Shown here: positions 14,563 to 28,272 of the stretch, in pieces
Layout of the letters: every line of letters starts with the position of its first letter
Numbering within the stretch: position 1 is the stretch's first letter
Source of the DNA: the human T2T-CHM13v2.0 reference genome, Homo sapiens
NCBI RefSeq assembly: GCF_009914755.1
Contig: NC_060933.1
Strand: one strand, 5' to 3'
Length of the DNA stretch: 64,000 nt
Translations under genes and position numbers: made by a program
Notes under the pieces: model-generated
Seen by the model: the letters and a program-made list of their open reading frames with translations, nothing else
Told to the model about the DNA's origin: nothing
Databases searched by the model: none

Positions 14563-14619
14563 TCATCCCTAGTTGTTGTTTGTTTGTTTGTTTAATTTGT
14601 GTTTTTAATCAAAGGAATG

Positions 14620-16440
14620 CATGTACCAAGTTTAATGTCAAGTAATGCTTAAAAAAAAAAAGCTTCCCCTCTTCCAAACTTCACTTCTGCTCTCCATAGG
14701 AAGCACTTCTACCTCTTTTAGATTTTCTGCTACTCACTGTAATATTGCTACATAGCATGGTTTACTGCTCTATTTTTGATTTATTTTATTTTAGAACATT
14801 ATTTATTGAGAAGATTGTGAATAAAAATTTAGGTTGCCAACACCACACATACATGCACACGCTTTATCTACCTCTATATTTAAATATTAATTAATTAAGA
14901 TAAATTTTTGAGACGTATCATATACTCAGCACTACCATAGGCAATTTGGGAATACAGTGGTGGCCATAATAGACCAAGTTCTTATCCTCATGAAGCTTAT
15001 ATTTTAATGAGAGAGACAGACAAAAACAAACAAACGTATACTATCAGACAGATAACAGCTAGGGTGAAAAAGGCAGGGTAAGGGGATACAGAATGGCAGA
15101 CAGAAAGTGATGGTTTCGGTAGGATAATTTTTGTTTAAATCAAATTTCAATGTTTAAATTATTTTGACTGTAGATTTATTTTACACTGAGCCATATGCAT
15201 GATGACTACATTTCTTGTACAATTTTTGTTTTCTTTGGAATTAATCCTTGCCTTGGCAAGAGAGTTGGGTGGGGCGTTGGTTTGCCTCTCTTTCTATTAC
15301 TGAATCATCAGCAGAGTCTCTTCCAGGGTATAAAAACACTTCTCACAAGGACCCAGCAAGCAAGAAACCTACCAGTTCCACATGTTGCCTCCTGCTCGCC
15401 CAGATTGTCATTTTGCCGCTTTCCTCCATCATCATCTTGAGAAATCTTTTTGCCTCTCTCATGTGCCAGATCCCCTCTTTCTTTATCTCATCTTCCTCTC
15501 TTAGTTTAGTCCCTCCCTTTGATGGGACACATCTCCTCCAGCAGTTTCCTAAGAAAAGGTGCATGGGTGGCAATTTTATTCTGCATATTTTGCTTGAAAA
15601 CGTCTTTATTCTACCTTCACACTTGAGCGTTAATTTCTGTGGGTGAAGTATCTTAAATTGAAAAATATTCTTCTTTAGAATTTTGGAGACATTGCTCTGT
15701 TATCTTCTAGCTTCTAATGTTGCGCTTGAGAAGTCAAATGCCATTTTGAATTTTTAATCTTTTCCGTGCAGACTTTTTTTTTTTTTCTTCACTAAGACTT
15801 TTAAGATGGTTTCCTTATCACTGGTTCTGCAATGTTGGAACAGGGTGCCTGGATGTAAATACGTCATCACCAGGTCCTAGGTACTCAAAATCTGAAATTC
15901 AGGTCCAATTCTGCAACATTTCCCTTGTATGATGTTTCCCCTCTTCTGTTTTGTTTTGTTTTGTTTTGTCTCTCTTTCTAGAATGCTTATTTGTCAGCCA
16001 TTGGTTCTCCTGAGTTGATTCCTCAAATTCATTGTCTCTCTCTTTCTTCCTTCTTCGTTCTCTTTTTGGGAAATTTTCTCAACTTTATATTTTACCTTTT
16101 ATATTGAGTTTTCCCCATATTTTTAATTTTTTAGGAAAGTTGTAAGATTTGTATAGTAAACACGCTCTTACTTTTGAATTTTAAATGTTCCCTTATTAAT
16201 TTTTAATTTTCAATATATTTTTATAGTTCTCTGGGTATTTCTACATATAGCATCCTGGTATTCCTTCATGGATGAAACATTTTCTCTTATCTCTCAGGAA
16301 TTTTTTTCCAGCTTTCTTCTACTCTTTGTCTCTGCTTCTTCAAGGCTGCTTATGTTTTTCTCCTTGGTTTTCAACTCTTTAGTGTTAGGCACTTTCTTCA
16401 AAGGTCTGCTGATCCTTGGCTATTTGTTCACATTAACAGT
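14620..16440 (-). mobile_element. Old L1ME/HAL1-like fragment with a nested L2-like segment (~14890-15120)
   Basis: GAAAACGTCTTTATTCTACCTTCACACTTGA and CTTCTAGCTTCTAATGTTGCGCTTGAGAAGTC are typical antisense old-L1 ORF1-region motifs; T-rich. Confidence 0.6.
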
Positions 16441-16729
16441 AAAGAATGGCTGCAGAGATATAGTATTTTCCCATGCTTCTGGAAATCATCCAAAAATGAC
16501 AAAAAGAACAGGAAATATTGAAAACAACAAATTTCAAAATATTGAAATTTTTTGTAAAATTAGGCAGCAGACTCCAAAATATTTTCAAAGGCAGCCAAAA
16601 TAGCTGACTTTGCACTAAAACCTCCTAAAGATAAGTAGAAACAAGCAGAGGAGAAATTTCAGTGGAAAGCAAATCCACCAAAATAGGTCCTAAGAACTGG
16701 CCACAGAAAATATTATCTCCTGATGGTAA

Positions 16730-17135
<406 letters not shown>

Positions 17136-17387
17136 AGACCTCAGCCCATTTTTTAAAGAGAGGCAGGGGAGGCAGGACTATCTGAAGTGTCACAGAAAAA
17201 TCCTATTTGAAGGAATCAAACTATCTCTCTGATAACTGAGAATGTGAGAGCCTTTTGTTAGAAAAACCTGCTAGCCTGGAAAGCTGCAAAGCTGCCGTGG
17301 TTCTTCCACACTCCTGCAAATTACTGGTCTGGGAAAGCAAACTCATTCAAAGACAAATACATATGTATATACATCTCTCCAAACTAA

Positions 17388-17438
17388 ATATGTATGTGTA
17401 TATATATATATACACACACATATATATATAAACACACA
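17388..17438. repeat. (TA)n/(CA)n low-complexity tract
   Basis: Seen directly. Confidence 0.85.
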
Positions 17439-19929
17439 GAGAAAATATTATATCAAAAAATTAGAAAAAGAAAAGCAAAATTTATTAACATTTAAAAATT
17501 CCCCCCAAAAAATGGTGCCATGGAGAAGCTGAGAATTCTAAACATCCTAACCCAGTTTGAGACAGTAATCTTGGCTTCATCTGCTTTTTGGAATCAAACT
17601 TTCCTACAGGTGAGCTGTCCCTAGGACTTGACCGGGAGCCAAAGAATTGGGCAAGGAATAGTAAGAAGCTCTTTTGGTCACAGATTTAAAGCTGTGATCT
17701 CCAATCAGCTTATCCAAACTGAAAACTGACATTCTGATGCCCACTTATCATTTTCGTATGCCTTATTTCTCAGTTAATTTGGATGCAGGAAAATAAAGTT
17801 GGCTATTTGTTGTATGTAACTAAATAAGAAAGCTTAATGTGTAATGTAATAATATTGGAGGGCTGCCCCAATAAGGAATAGTCTTTCTTGCTCCTTATGA
17901 CATGAGTAAGACTGAACCCTGTTTAAGTCCTGCCACTGCTCTGGTCTGTATCCTGTTTGACAGAATGAGATGCTGAGACCCTAGCTGGCCCTTAGCTGCC
18001 CCCCTCCACCTTTGATATGCAATGTAATGGCTTAGAGCAGGACACTGATGACAACCTCAGCCACCTCTGCTGAGACAGAATGGCCCAGTAGACTCTTCTG
18101 CTGTCAAAGGTAGGGGGTTGAGGAGACAGGGGCACTGTGTACTATTTCTTCTCTCTTTGTCCATTGGACCCAAATACATATGTTTGTTTCATTTTTAAAA
18201 GTCTAATGCTAAGACTGGTCAATCCCATTGATTCCTGCATGTGAGTATAGAAGGACTGAGATGAGAAGCGTTTACTACTACATTCCCAGTATTGCCCAGT
18301 AGTATTCCTTAATGATCAGTCCTGGCACCAGTATTATAGGAGCAACAAGAAAAAGATTTTTGAAAATAATTTGATATTTACAGAAAAAAGTATTAATATC
18401 TTCTTTGTAGGAAAAGTAAGACATTTGTTTTATTTTGAAAGACTTATGAGTAGAATATCATACTCATTTTAGTGAGTATGGCCTGAAAACATCACAATCA
18501 AAGTGGCCTATATTTCCCCTTGTCTGTAATTTGTCTAGCTAAACCAGGGAGCCAATTTTAACAGCTTGATAGTTCTGCTTCTGATAACAAATGGGGGGGA
18601 AATGGCACTGTGATTTATGTATTCCAGCCCTATGTAAGTGAATTAGTGTGAGTTAGCCTTCTTAAGTCAAGAAGCACTTTCTGAGTGGATGTCTGAAGGC
18701 AGACCCTACCTAGACAATTGGTGGTGTCACCAAAGCAAAGGCTCCTGAAGACCCTCCAATCTTGATGCCTAGTTTCCACTCAAACAGGACCTCTTATTGT
18801 ACAATGGCAGGGAGAACCATTTCATGATTCTCTGTGTAAAAGGGACTTTGAATACTTACCTTGTAACTGGTGCCCCGTGAAGTTACCACAAATGGGTGTT
18901 AACAGTTGTAATCCTTTTGTTTTAGGAAGGTGGAAGTGATAATTTAGGTCCTGAAAGATTTTGATTTTAGCTAAAAGAATACTGGGCTGTGTATGGGAGA
19001 ACAGTTTTTAACAAACTGTGCAACCGTGATTAAATAACTTTTCTTGGCTGCAGTGATCGCCTTTACAGAATGAGAAAACTATTAGAGGATCATGAACTCT
19101 AGGAGTTAGCGCTAAGCTTTATATTCTTTACTATACATTTTACAGGTCATTGCTCATGATCCCACTATTTGTCATTTTATTAATTCCAGGGAGGAGCCTC
19201 TTCCTGGTTCCTGATGAGAAGCTTCTACCTTCTCTCTGCAGGGCTTCTACCATTTATGTGGTTCCATGGCAAAAAAACAAAAACAAAAAACAAAAAACAA
19301 AAACAAAAAAAACAGGCCTAAAGGTAGTTAGACCCTGGGGCTAAGGTAGGAACTGAGGCAAGGAGGTGTTCCGAGAACAGATGCCAGAGGACTAACACCA
19401 AACACCTCCTTGGGAAGGAAAGGGCTAATTCAATAATTAGTCAATGGAAGGCATGTGAGAGCATTGCAGAAAAACAGTGATCAGTGTACTGGGAGAGAAA
19501 TGGGAACTAGGCTAGGAGAGAGTACAGAAAGGAGCAGGAGAACACAGTTGGTACCAATGGAGAGGCTTGCAGCAGGCATTAGGCCTTCCCAGCACGCAGC
19601 CTGCTAACAGCTGCGTTCACTTAAAGGGGCAAGGATGGAGATGCTACATTGCATGGCTCTGTTTCCTTAGGACAGTCCCAGAGGGATAGGATATAAAGAA
19701 AATGTCCCAGAGGCTGGGAACAGACAGAACACCCAGACAAGCAGGCATGGGGGAAGCGCTGGCCCACATTCCTCCCAGCTCAGCTGGGTGCTCTGCCTTT
19801 TCACTGCCCTATGATCAGTGTGAGGAATGTTGACTGTCCTGTGACACTGTGCGGGAGAGAGGTCTCTACCTCCATGGGTCCCACCCTGATGCAGGCCTTT
19901 AAAACAGGGTCTGGCAGAATGCATATTCC

Positions 19930-20220
19930 CTCCATCCTTCTCATCCTCAATACTTTGGCTCAGTGGCCCCAAACCAAGTTTCTGCCCCTGGCTCCCCTTC
20001 TTCGAGTTACACCTCACCTGAACTGCCCACCTTGCTCCCACTGGCACAATCTCTCGGGTCAGCTCCTATCAGATCAAATGGATGTGTTTATTTTTATATG
20101 TATCATCTCTCCACCAACCAGATTAAAAATTCCTTGACTGCAGGAAAACTTGTCTTGTTTACCGTAGGATTTCTAGCACCCAGCACATATTAGGGAGAAA
20201 GCAATGATTTGTGGCATATG
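19930..20220 (+). mobile_element. L2 3' end
   Basis: CTCCACCAACCAGATTAAAAATTCCTTGACTGCAGG...CTAGCACCCAGCACATA. Confidence 0.55.
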
Positions 20221-22589
20221 GAAAGGCATCAGCCTTCATGCTTTGTGACTCCCCTCTTCTTCCTTGCTCACCAGAATCCGAGACCCCCCAGTATCACTCC
20301 AGCTCCTCAGTTCCCTTTGCCTGGAAAAATGACCAGCATCTTTCCCATTTTTCTAGTGGAAACTTAGTTAAATAAAATTATTCCAGTATATTAAGGAACT
20401 TGCACACTGGAAGGGCATCTCATCATTTGGTTAACCTTCCACAGATAAAGGTATCGGCTTTGTCAGACCATTGACCTTGGGGGTCAGGTTACAAATCCTC
20501 TGGAAAAACCCCAAAGGGTAAGTAAGAAAGTTTTTACAACTTTACAGCTGGCTGGGCTCCATTTCCAGAGATCTTTAATTAATTGATTTGAGGAAAGGCC
20601 ATAGTGTTTCCATTAGTTCCCTGGATTCTAATTAGAGCCATGGTTAAGACCCTCAAGACTTAGCAGACCTCGGTCTCTGCTGCGGTGTCTGAGCCACGGG
20701 GCAATGGAAGAAGCACAATGGGTCTCAGGTGAGTCTCCTCAGCCTTCACCATACACTCAGACCCCATGAGCGAGCACACGCCGGAGTAACCTCGGCGCAG
20801 CCAAGAAAAGGTACGGACTCTCTGAGATCCAAGATCCTTAACCTGAGGTGTGGCTTCAACTCCACTAAAACATATTCTGATCCAGCAATCTCTACAACTT
20901 CATCACAACCCTGAGGGGTGAAAATGGAGGCTTCGTCATTTTATTTGTTCAAATTTATTCTACTAAGTGATACAACTGGAACCACCAACCAGGTATGTCT
21001 GACCCTAAAGGCTGTGCTTAGTCTTTTATTAAAGACTGAGCTATATACAAGCTAAACCTTCCTAATATCTTTTTAGAAAACTAACTGGTAACCAATAGGA
21101 TCTTCTGAGTCACAGCTGGGCCTTCAAGCATGCATGCCAGGGCCACTGCCTCTGAAACTCAAAGTCAAGTCAGATCTCTCACAAAGAAATCCACATACCT
21201 GGAATTTTCCTTGTGGGCCAGCTCTCCCTGTCTTCAAGCACGGCCCAGAAGGACCTGCCTTGTGATTAAGCCTGGAAGTGCTGGGCTTGAAGGGACTTGG
21301 CAACCATTTGTTTCCTTAATGCCCAGCTATAAGCAACAGAGTTTATAGTTGCAGATGAATTTTTTCTCTTATTGCAAATGGCTTTGATTTAATAATAACA
21401 TTTTCCAAGCCATTGGCCCATAATGAGGATTATTGCCTGTGGGTATTTAATACAGGGGAAAAGAAATGGGCTCACTTCACTATGCAAATGGCTGCCACAA
21501 ACCCTGCAGCAGGAGGGCTCATGTAACCTTTTTACTACAACACTGTCTGGGGCTGTGGAAAGATGCAGGCAGTTAACGTCTCTTTTCATTGAGCCAGAGT
21601 TCAACCAAGTCTCGATGGATAACTTTACTGGGAACTGGCTTTCAAAAGCCAAAGTCCACTTTATTCTGGTGCCCTATGCAGGGTCTGAAAAGAGTTGTTG
21701 AGTTTGCAAGCTAACTCAGAAGAGATGGAGCCAAGGCAAGGATGGGTGGTGAAGGGGGCTAGGATGGGCAGGGAGGTGGAGGGGGCTGTGCTGAATTTTG
21801 AAGATGAGGAAATGATAAAACAATGCCAGATGCAGAACTAGGGCTTTCTCTAATGTGATCTCACTTAATCCTTTTATCAGCTCTGTGTGGTAGATATGCC
21901 TATTTGATGAGGAAACTAATGCTTTTGAGATGCAGAGGAACTTTTCTCAGTGCAAAAATAAAAAGCAGAGCATGAATTCCAACGCAGGTTTGTCTGGCGT
22001 GGAAACCTATGATCTTACTGCTGTGCGGTGTGGCCTGTGTGCATCTGGCTGTCTGCTTATGGCAAGGCAGCCTCAGGCACTCATTGGAAGCTTTCTGCTG
22101 TTCTACATAAGCATCTCCTCTTTCTGAACCCTGAAGTTCTCAGCACTCAGGGCCAGTTGCTCAGCTGTCCTGTCTCATGCTCCTACTTGGAATGGGCTTC
22201 CTAGCAGGCCTATGTTCCCTAATAGGAGTTTGCTGGGGGTTTCTGTCACCTGAAGGTACTGACCGGTTAGGCGTTGTCTAATTCTGTGTGAGGAGAGGCA
22301 GCTCCCCACTGTACTGGACAGAATGGCAGAGAGGAGTTTGAGGAAATAAGACACATTTCTAAGTTTCTAAGGGAGAGCTGCCAGCTGGTTAAACCTGTCT
22401 CCGGTAACTAGCTTTCTCTGTGGAGGCAGTGGGGTGGTAGTAGTAATTAGGAGTAGAGAGGAGGGAGTTAGGAAGCAAGAAAGAGGAAATGGAAGGCTTG
22501 AGGCCTGGGGACACTTCCTCTTTATCTAGCCATCACTGAAGGGTCTCTGCCTCGGCCTCCAACTTCCACCCCTTGTGTGTTTACCGGTT

Positions 22590-22795
22590 CACATTTACTT
22601 TGTGGGCCAAGAAGTGTGTCAAGCATGTTATGTACATTAACTCACCTGCTCCTATGTTAATCCTGGGAGGCTGCCCTTATTATTATACCCAGTTTGCAGA
22701 TGAGGACATTGAGATAGAGGCTGAGTCACTTGCCCCAGGTCATGCAGCTGATCAGTGGCAGAGTCAGGACCCTAGACAGGGGGCCTGACTCTCAG
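22590..22795 (-). mobile_element. MIR SINE
   Basis: TATTATACCCAGTTTGCAGATGAGGACATTGAG...CACTTGCCCCAGGTCATGCAGCTG. Confidence 0.8.
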
Positions 22796-24206
22796 TCAAG
22801 CTATCCCCAGGCTCGCAGCACTGCCTGTTGTGATGGCTGGGTTTTCTGAGGCCAAGAAATCCTGCCAATATCCCCTCAGTGTTCTACCCAGACCACGTCC
22901 GCCTCCCTTCTCTGTCAGCGTCACGCACAGCATCTTTGTCTCAGATTGCTTTTGTCACTGGATCTCAGCATTCTGTAGAGTTCTAACCTATTTTGTGGTT
23001 CCTGAAGTGGTTTTGAAGCGATATTTAAAATGCAAAAAGAGAAATTCAAAAGCCCCCAAGTGCTGTCTTAAAAAAGATTACAAAAACATCTTCTGAGCTT
23101 GGTCACAAGAAACTGATGGTAGAGTCTGTGTAATCTGTTGACAACATGGTAGAGCTTTTATTTTTTAAAATTCTTCCCCTATGTTGTGATTCAATTTTAT
23201 GAATGTTTTCAGATAGTGTCCTTTTTATTTATAGTGGTAATACCACCCTTCCAAGTGCAAAGTTTTTCCATCTGTCCAGTTATCTAATACCCTCCGGGGC
23301 CCTAACTGACTTTGAGCCCTAGCAGGAGTGCTGGCAAGGTGGTCCATGCTGAGGTTTGGAAAGGATATTTGTCCGGTGGCCAGAAGTGTAAGGAGCCAGA
23401 GGGAAAATGTCAAATATGTCCTGTGAGTGTTGAGGACTCATAGCCTAGTAGCCAAAGCAGTCATTGAGTCCAAGAGAGCAAAGGAAAGTGGTAGAAGAAG
23501 AAGGTATCTAGAACAGGAGATGAAGGCAAAGAAACTGCTAGATATTGGAACAGAACAGTATATGCAGAATGCAGGCAAGGAGACCCCACAGCCATTGCCC
23601 TGTGTGGAGCATAGAACGCTCTCTCATTTGTGCAAGTCACATGGTGTATGCATGTGTGCTTATGTGTGACTTAAGTCCAGCTTCAAACAACAAAAAATGT
23701 GACAAAGTCAAGCTGTTCAGAACTGTGTCAGCAACTGGATAGGGAATGCTGTCTGCTGCTCACAGCTGAACCAGGAAGAGGGCAGACTGTGGGCCAGAAG
23801 CAGCACCTCTTCTACAGCCATGCTGAGGAATTTTCCAGTTATCCCTCCCCAGGGTGTTTACTGCCCGGGAAGAATGAAGGTCTGACAAGTTACAGTTGCT
23901 GCAAAGCCCTTCCTAGGCAAGTTTGATCAGAAGAGTCAGGAAGTGTTCCTTTCACTTTGGAGGAAGGTTGAATAAAACTGCCCAGGAGGTGTCAGTATCT
24001 AAGGCTCACACGAACAAAGAGAGGGAGCCCGACTTTGCAATCAAATTGGGAAGGGGTTTGGCACACAATTACTCAAATGTCCCAAAGGCCAGAGAGGTCT
24101 GGAGAAACAAGGGATGCATGTCAAAATCTTACTTCTGACCTTCAAATCCCCTCCCAAATTTTATTATCTTCTATTTCTGAAGCTCCTTTTTATCTGTCAC
24201 ATAGTA

Positions 24207-24260
24207 GTATTACATTAAATTGTCTGTATTGCTGTATTACATTAAATTATCTGTATTGCT
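24207..24260. repeat. 27 bp tandem duplication
   Basis: GTATTACATTAAATT(G/A)TCTGTATTGCT x2, one mismatch. Confidence 0.95.
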
Positions 24261-25754
24261 GGCCGATGATTGCAATTTGCCCTATTTTCTCTCAGTCTAC
24301 CTCAGTGGCGTCTTCTTCATGCCCGTTAATCTTTTTTTATGTAAAAAAGATTTACATGTCAGCTGGGGCCCTTTCCCCCTAGATTTCTAGACCTCCTTGA
24401 TTCCATCCCATTATGTAACAGAATCCAAAGTCCTCCCATGGGTGTCTAGTGAGTCCTGAGGGCAAGTGCCCCCACTGAAGAGCATTCATGGTAAAAATAA
24501 TAATAATAATAATAAAATAAACATCTCTTCTTGCCAGGCCATAAAATAATTAGTTGGCTCTTAAAGGTGTGAGAAAATGTTTCAGATCTCTAACGTACAG
24601 ACTTGATCAAAGGAGTTTTTCCAACAGCGTTTCTCTTATTTTTCACTCAAGAGAATATCAAGTAATAAGATATTTCCTATCCTGATTTGTCAAGCCTCTG
24701 CTAGGGAGGCTTCTGTCTTTGCTTTAGAAATTCAAACAGTGGAGGCTTATCTCTCCTGTATCAGGAGGGTGCAGTATTAACAGGAGCATGAAGAAGAGGC
24801 CATTGCGGTAGAATAAGAGAAAATACAGCAAATTGCAATCACTGGCCAGCAATACAGACAAAAAGGAGTTAGTCGACATCAAAGCCGACAGTGCAATATA
24901 CAGTCAAAGCTTTAGACAAAATGGTCTGCTTCCAAGGTGAGCAGACTCCATTTTTTAAGAGTCAAGATGATTAACAGGAGTGACATCCAATTATAATCTT
25001 TCCTTGCTATCTGTGTCTCTGAAATGTTGACTTCATATTTTTTAACAGAAATATTACAAAATAATCAACACAAATAATACTCCAGGACAAAGGAAAAGAT
25101 TTTTTAAAATAAACTCATGGAATATCTTGTGTTTTTCTTCTTTTCCTTTGTTGTAAGCTACATAAGTTACTGTACTGTTCTAAGCTTCAAAAACACTAGC
25201 AATGATTTATGAAGTCCGTCATATTTTTTCAGATTAAGAAAGGGTTTTTATATAGCTGAGGTTCATGGCTATGGACTTTGAGGCAAGGTTTCTTCAGGCC
25301 CTTGGCTTCTCTGTCTTTGGTTTTGGTATCTGTCCATGTTATCTCTAATTCTTTCATTTTCAACCTGGGGTAAGAAATGTAGATCATTCATAAATTTCCA
25401 TAAGAAATTTTTTCACATAACAGGAAACATAATCTTCCACCACCTGCTAACTCCCTTCATCTCTTTTTCTCTATATGAATTGCTGTCTTGGAATTCTTAT
25501 TTTTTTCCTCTCTATTCAGTTATTGGAGGTTTGCCTTGTTCCTGCACCAAGCTTTAGTACCCACTCCCTCAAGACCCACAGAAGCAGCAAGAGTCCTGTC
25601 CTTAATGTAACCCTTCTCCTAGAGGGCAGTCAAGATTATAACAGCAACATTTGTGTATTGCAGTAAGTTTGCTCCTGCATCTTTCAACTTCTTGCTCTTT
25701 TATTTCTGCTTTAAATGCAAGTCCTCTTATTGATCTTCAAGACCTAGAACCTGC

Positions 25755-25836
25755 CAGGATGGAGAACTGCACACCATCTTGGGTCTTTAATTGAAAAGTC
25801 ATAGCAAGGGTGAGATTACCTGGAATAGGAATCTGC
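25755..25836 (+). repeat. 82 bp dispersed direct repeat, copy 1
   Basis: 79/82 identical to 27943-28024. Confidence 0.97.
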
Positions 25837-26314
25837 CAGAGGGATTTAGTTGCTATGCCAGCAAGCTATACTGTGTCATTTTTGTCATGCTGTTACTGCA
25901 TCCTGGGTAGACCGAAAAGCCTCTCAGTTGTCTTTGGAGCTAAACTTTTCTTAATTGAGGGGAAAAAAAGGTTTCTCAATGCTTATCTGACACAGCTGGA
26001 TGCAAGAGGGTGCTAATGGACCAGCAACTGCCTCAAATACATTTTAATTAAGTGATTTCCAAGAAGCCATGTGCAACTGAGATAAGACTATGAAAGAAGT
26101 CCAGAAGCTGGAAGGAGGTTAGAGAGACAACAAAAAAGGGTCAATGTGTAGGTCTTATGGGGAGTAATGAAGTCAGGCCTTGAAGGGCCGGTGTCTTTCA
26201 AAAAATTCTACCCAGGGCTTGCTTTTTCTTTTCTATCCTACAGGCTTGGTAGAAGTGAAAATTGCTACTCATTTATGCAAGCAGTAGAGAGTAGCTGCGT
26301 GCTATGAACCAGGA

Positions 26315-27085
26315 TAATTCATTTATTACAAACCAACATATATTGAGCTATTCTATGGACAAGTCCTATGTTGGACACTGTTACATGTGCAAGGATGAGT
26401 AAGCCCACCCCTAACCTGTAGGAGCTTCCAGTCCAGCAGATAGACAGATGACCAACTAACTATAGTACAAGACATAAATTGAAGTAGATAGGAAAATAGA
26501 TACAGTAATACAGAGCAGGGAATAACCAAATATTTCATTATTACCAAGAAAATCAGGGAAACTTAAAAGAAGTGATTTTTTTTTCAATTCAGCTTTAAGG
26601 AGTAAATACATTTCAAAATGCTCAGAGGGGTGAGAAGGTAATTCAAGAGAGAGCTGTAAAAGTATGAAAGAAAATACCTTTTGGGGGAGGGCTAAGGCGT
26701 TAAATATACAGAAACACAGGTTGTGCAGAAGGACCCTAGGAGATAAATTTGAAAAGATATTTTGGAACTTGATGAAGGTCTTAGGAGTTTAGACTTTTTC
26801 CTCTGAGCAATGGAAGAGCCATCCAAGGTGTTAAGGCTGAACTTGATAAGAACTGTATTACAATAAATCACACTGGTAGCAGCATGGATGGAATGGGATT
26901 GTATCAGAGGCAGAGAGGCTAGCATAGTGTAGAGGCTCTCATTCTGCAAGTAAAAAATAAATCATCTAAGAATTAATGAGGATCTGAGCTGAAATTGTGA
27001 TTGTGGGGATGAAGAGGAAGAGAGCAATTGAAAGTATATTTTTGGAATAAATTGGCAGGGCTCAGGAATGTGGTAGAATGAAGAA
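26315..27085 (-). mobile_element. L2 fragment
   Basis: CAACATATATTGAGC; GGAGTTTAGACTTTTTCCTCTGAGCAATGGAAGAGCCAT; AATCACACTGGTAGCAGCATGGA. Confidence 0.75.
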
Positions 27086-27942
27086 GATAAGAGAATTCTT
27101 GCACTCTCTGGAAAAGCTTTCAGCACAAGGAGAATGGAGTTTAGCTTTCCCTATACTGGATGACCCTCAGTAATAATTAAGGTATTTGAATGTTCTGTCC
27201 TTAACACCTGAGCTTGATAAAGAACCTACTTTCAGTTCTTTGATCTGTGTGTAACCCAGCAATGCCTCTCATCCCTAGTGTTCAACCGAGTTTATAGTCT
27301 TTGCCAGAGAAAAGAAAGCATCATTAGAGAAACAGGCCACCAGTTTCTTCTCCTGACACTTGGATACTTCACAATGTGAGTTAAATGATTACTTACATGC
27401 AGTGATTTTACGTGGTACAAAATTAATTTTACATAGCTCACATAAAAATGGGTGGTGGGCATACAGAATAGGGAAAGCAGAGATGGGAAGGCGGAGGGGA
27501 ACATGCTCTCTTGTTTAATGGATAGTTCTGGTAGGCAGAGGAAGTATCCAATTTGGACCATCAGCCAAGCCTAAAATATCCTCCTGCCCAGCACCTGGCC
27601 TCTTTGGCTCTTTTCAACTGTTTTTGGAAATTTTGGAAACATAATTTGGCTGGTATGTTTGTTGTAGAGCTCTGCCTAGGGTCAGGTCCCAGCCATCATC
27701 ACTGGCTGAAACAGAATGTGAAAGGATAATACCCACAGTGAAAAATATCATCAGGGACTTTCATGACAGGTTTTAGCTTTTTTTTTTTCTTTGAGAATAA
27801 GTAAAAGCAAGAAATAATAACTTTATGGACTCAGCCCACACAGCACATAATCAGCTAGAGAAAGGCCATCCTTGGAAATGCATAGATGTTATTTAATTTT
27901 TGTGTTTAATTTAGAGGGATCTCAAGGAAAACGAAGGTATGT

Positions 27943-28024
27943 CAGGATGGAGAACAGCACACCATCTTGGGTCTTTGATTGAAAAGTCATAGCAAGGGTG
28001 AGATTACCTGGAGTAGGAATCTGC
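27943..28024 (+). repeat. 82 bp dispersed direct repeat, copy 2
   Basis: 79/82 identical to 25755-25836. Confidence 0.97.
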
Positions 28025-28137
28025 TAAGGAGGACATTCTATCAAAGGATCAGTTTACCTGAAAAATCTCCTTACTGATTAAAATTCTTCTTATTCCCTAC
28101 TTTCTATGTCCTTCTCTAAGCATCACATCTCTAGATG

Positions 28138-28272
28138 AGTGCCATTTTTCAAATTCAGTGTGCATAAGTGTCATCTGCAGAACTCAATATAAACCTCAAA
28201 GATTCTGACTCAGTTGATGTAGAGTTGGGTCCAGGAACTTGAATTTTTAACAAGCACACTAAGTGAATCTGC
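28138..28272. mobile_element. MER5-family MITE
   Basis: GATTCTGACTCAGTTGATGTAGAGTTGGGTCCAGGAACTTGAATTTTTAACAAGCAC. Confidence 0.65.
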
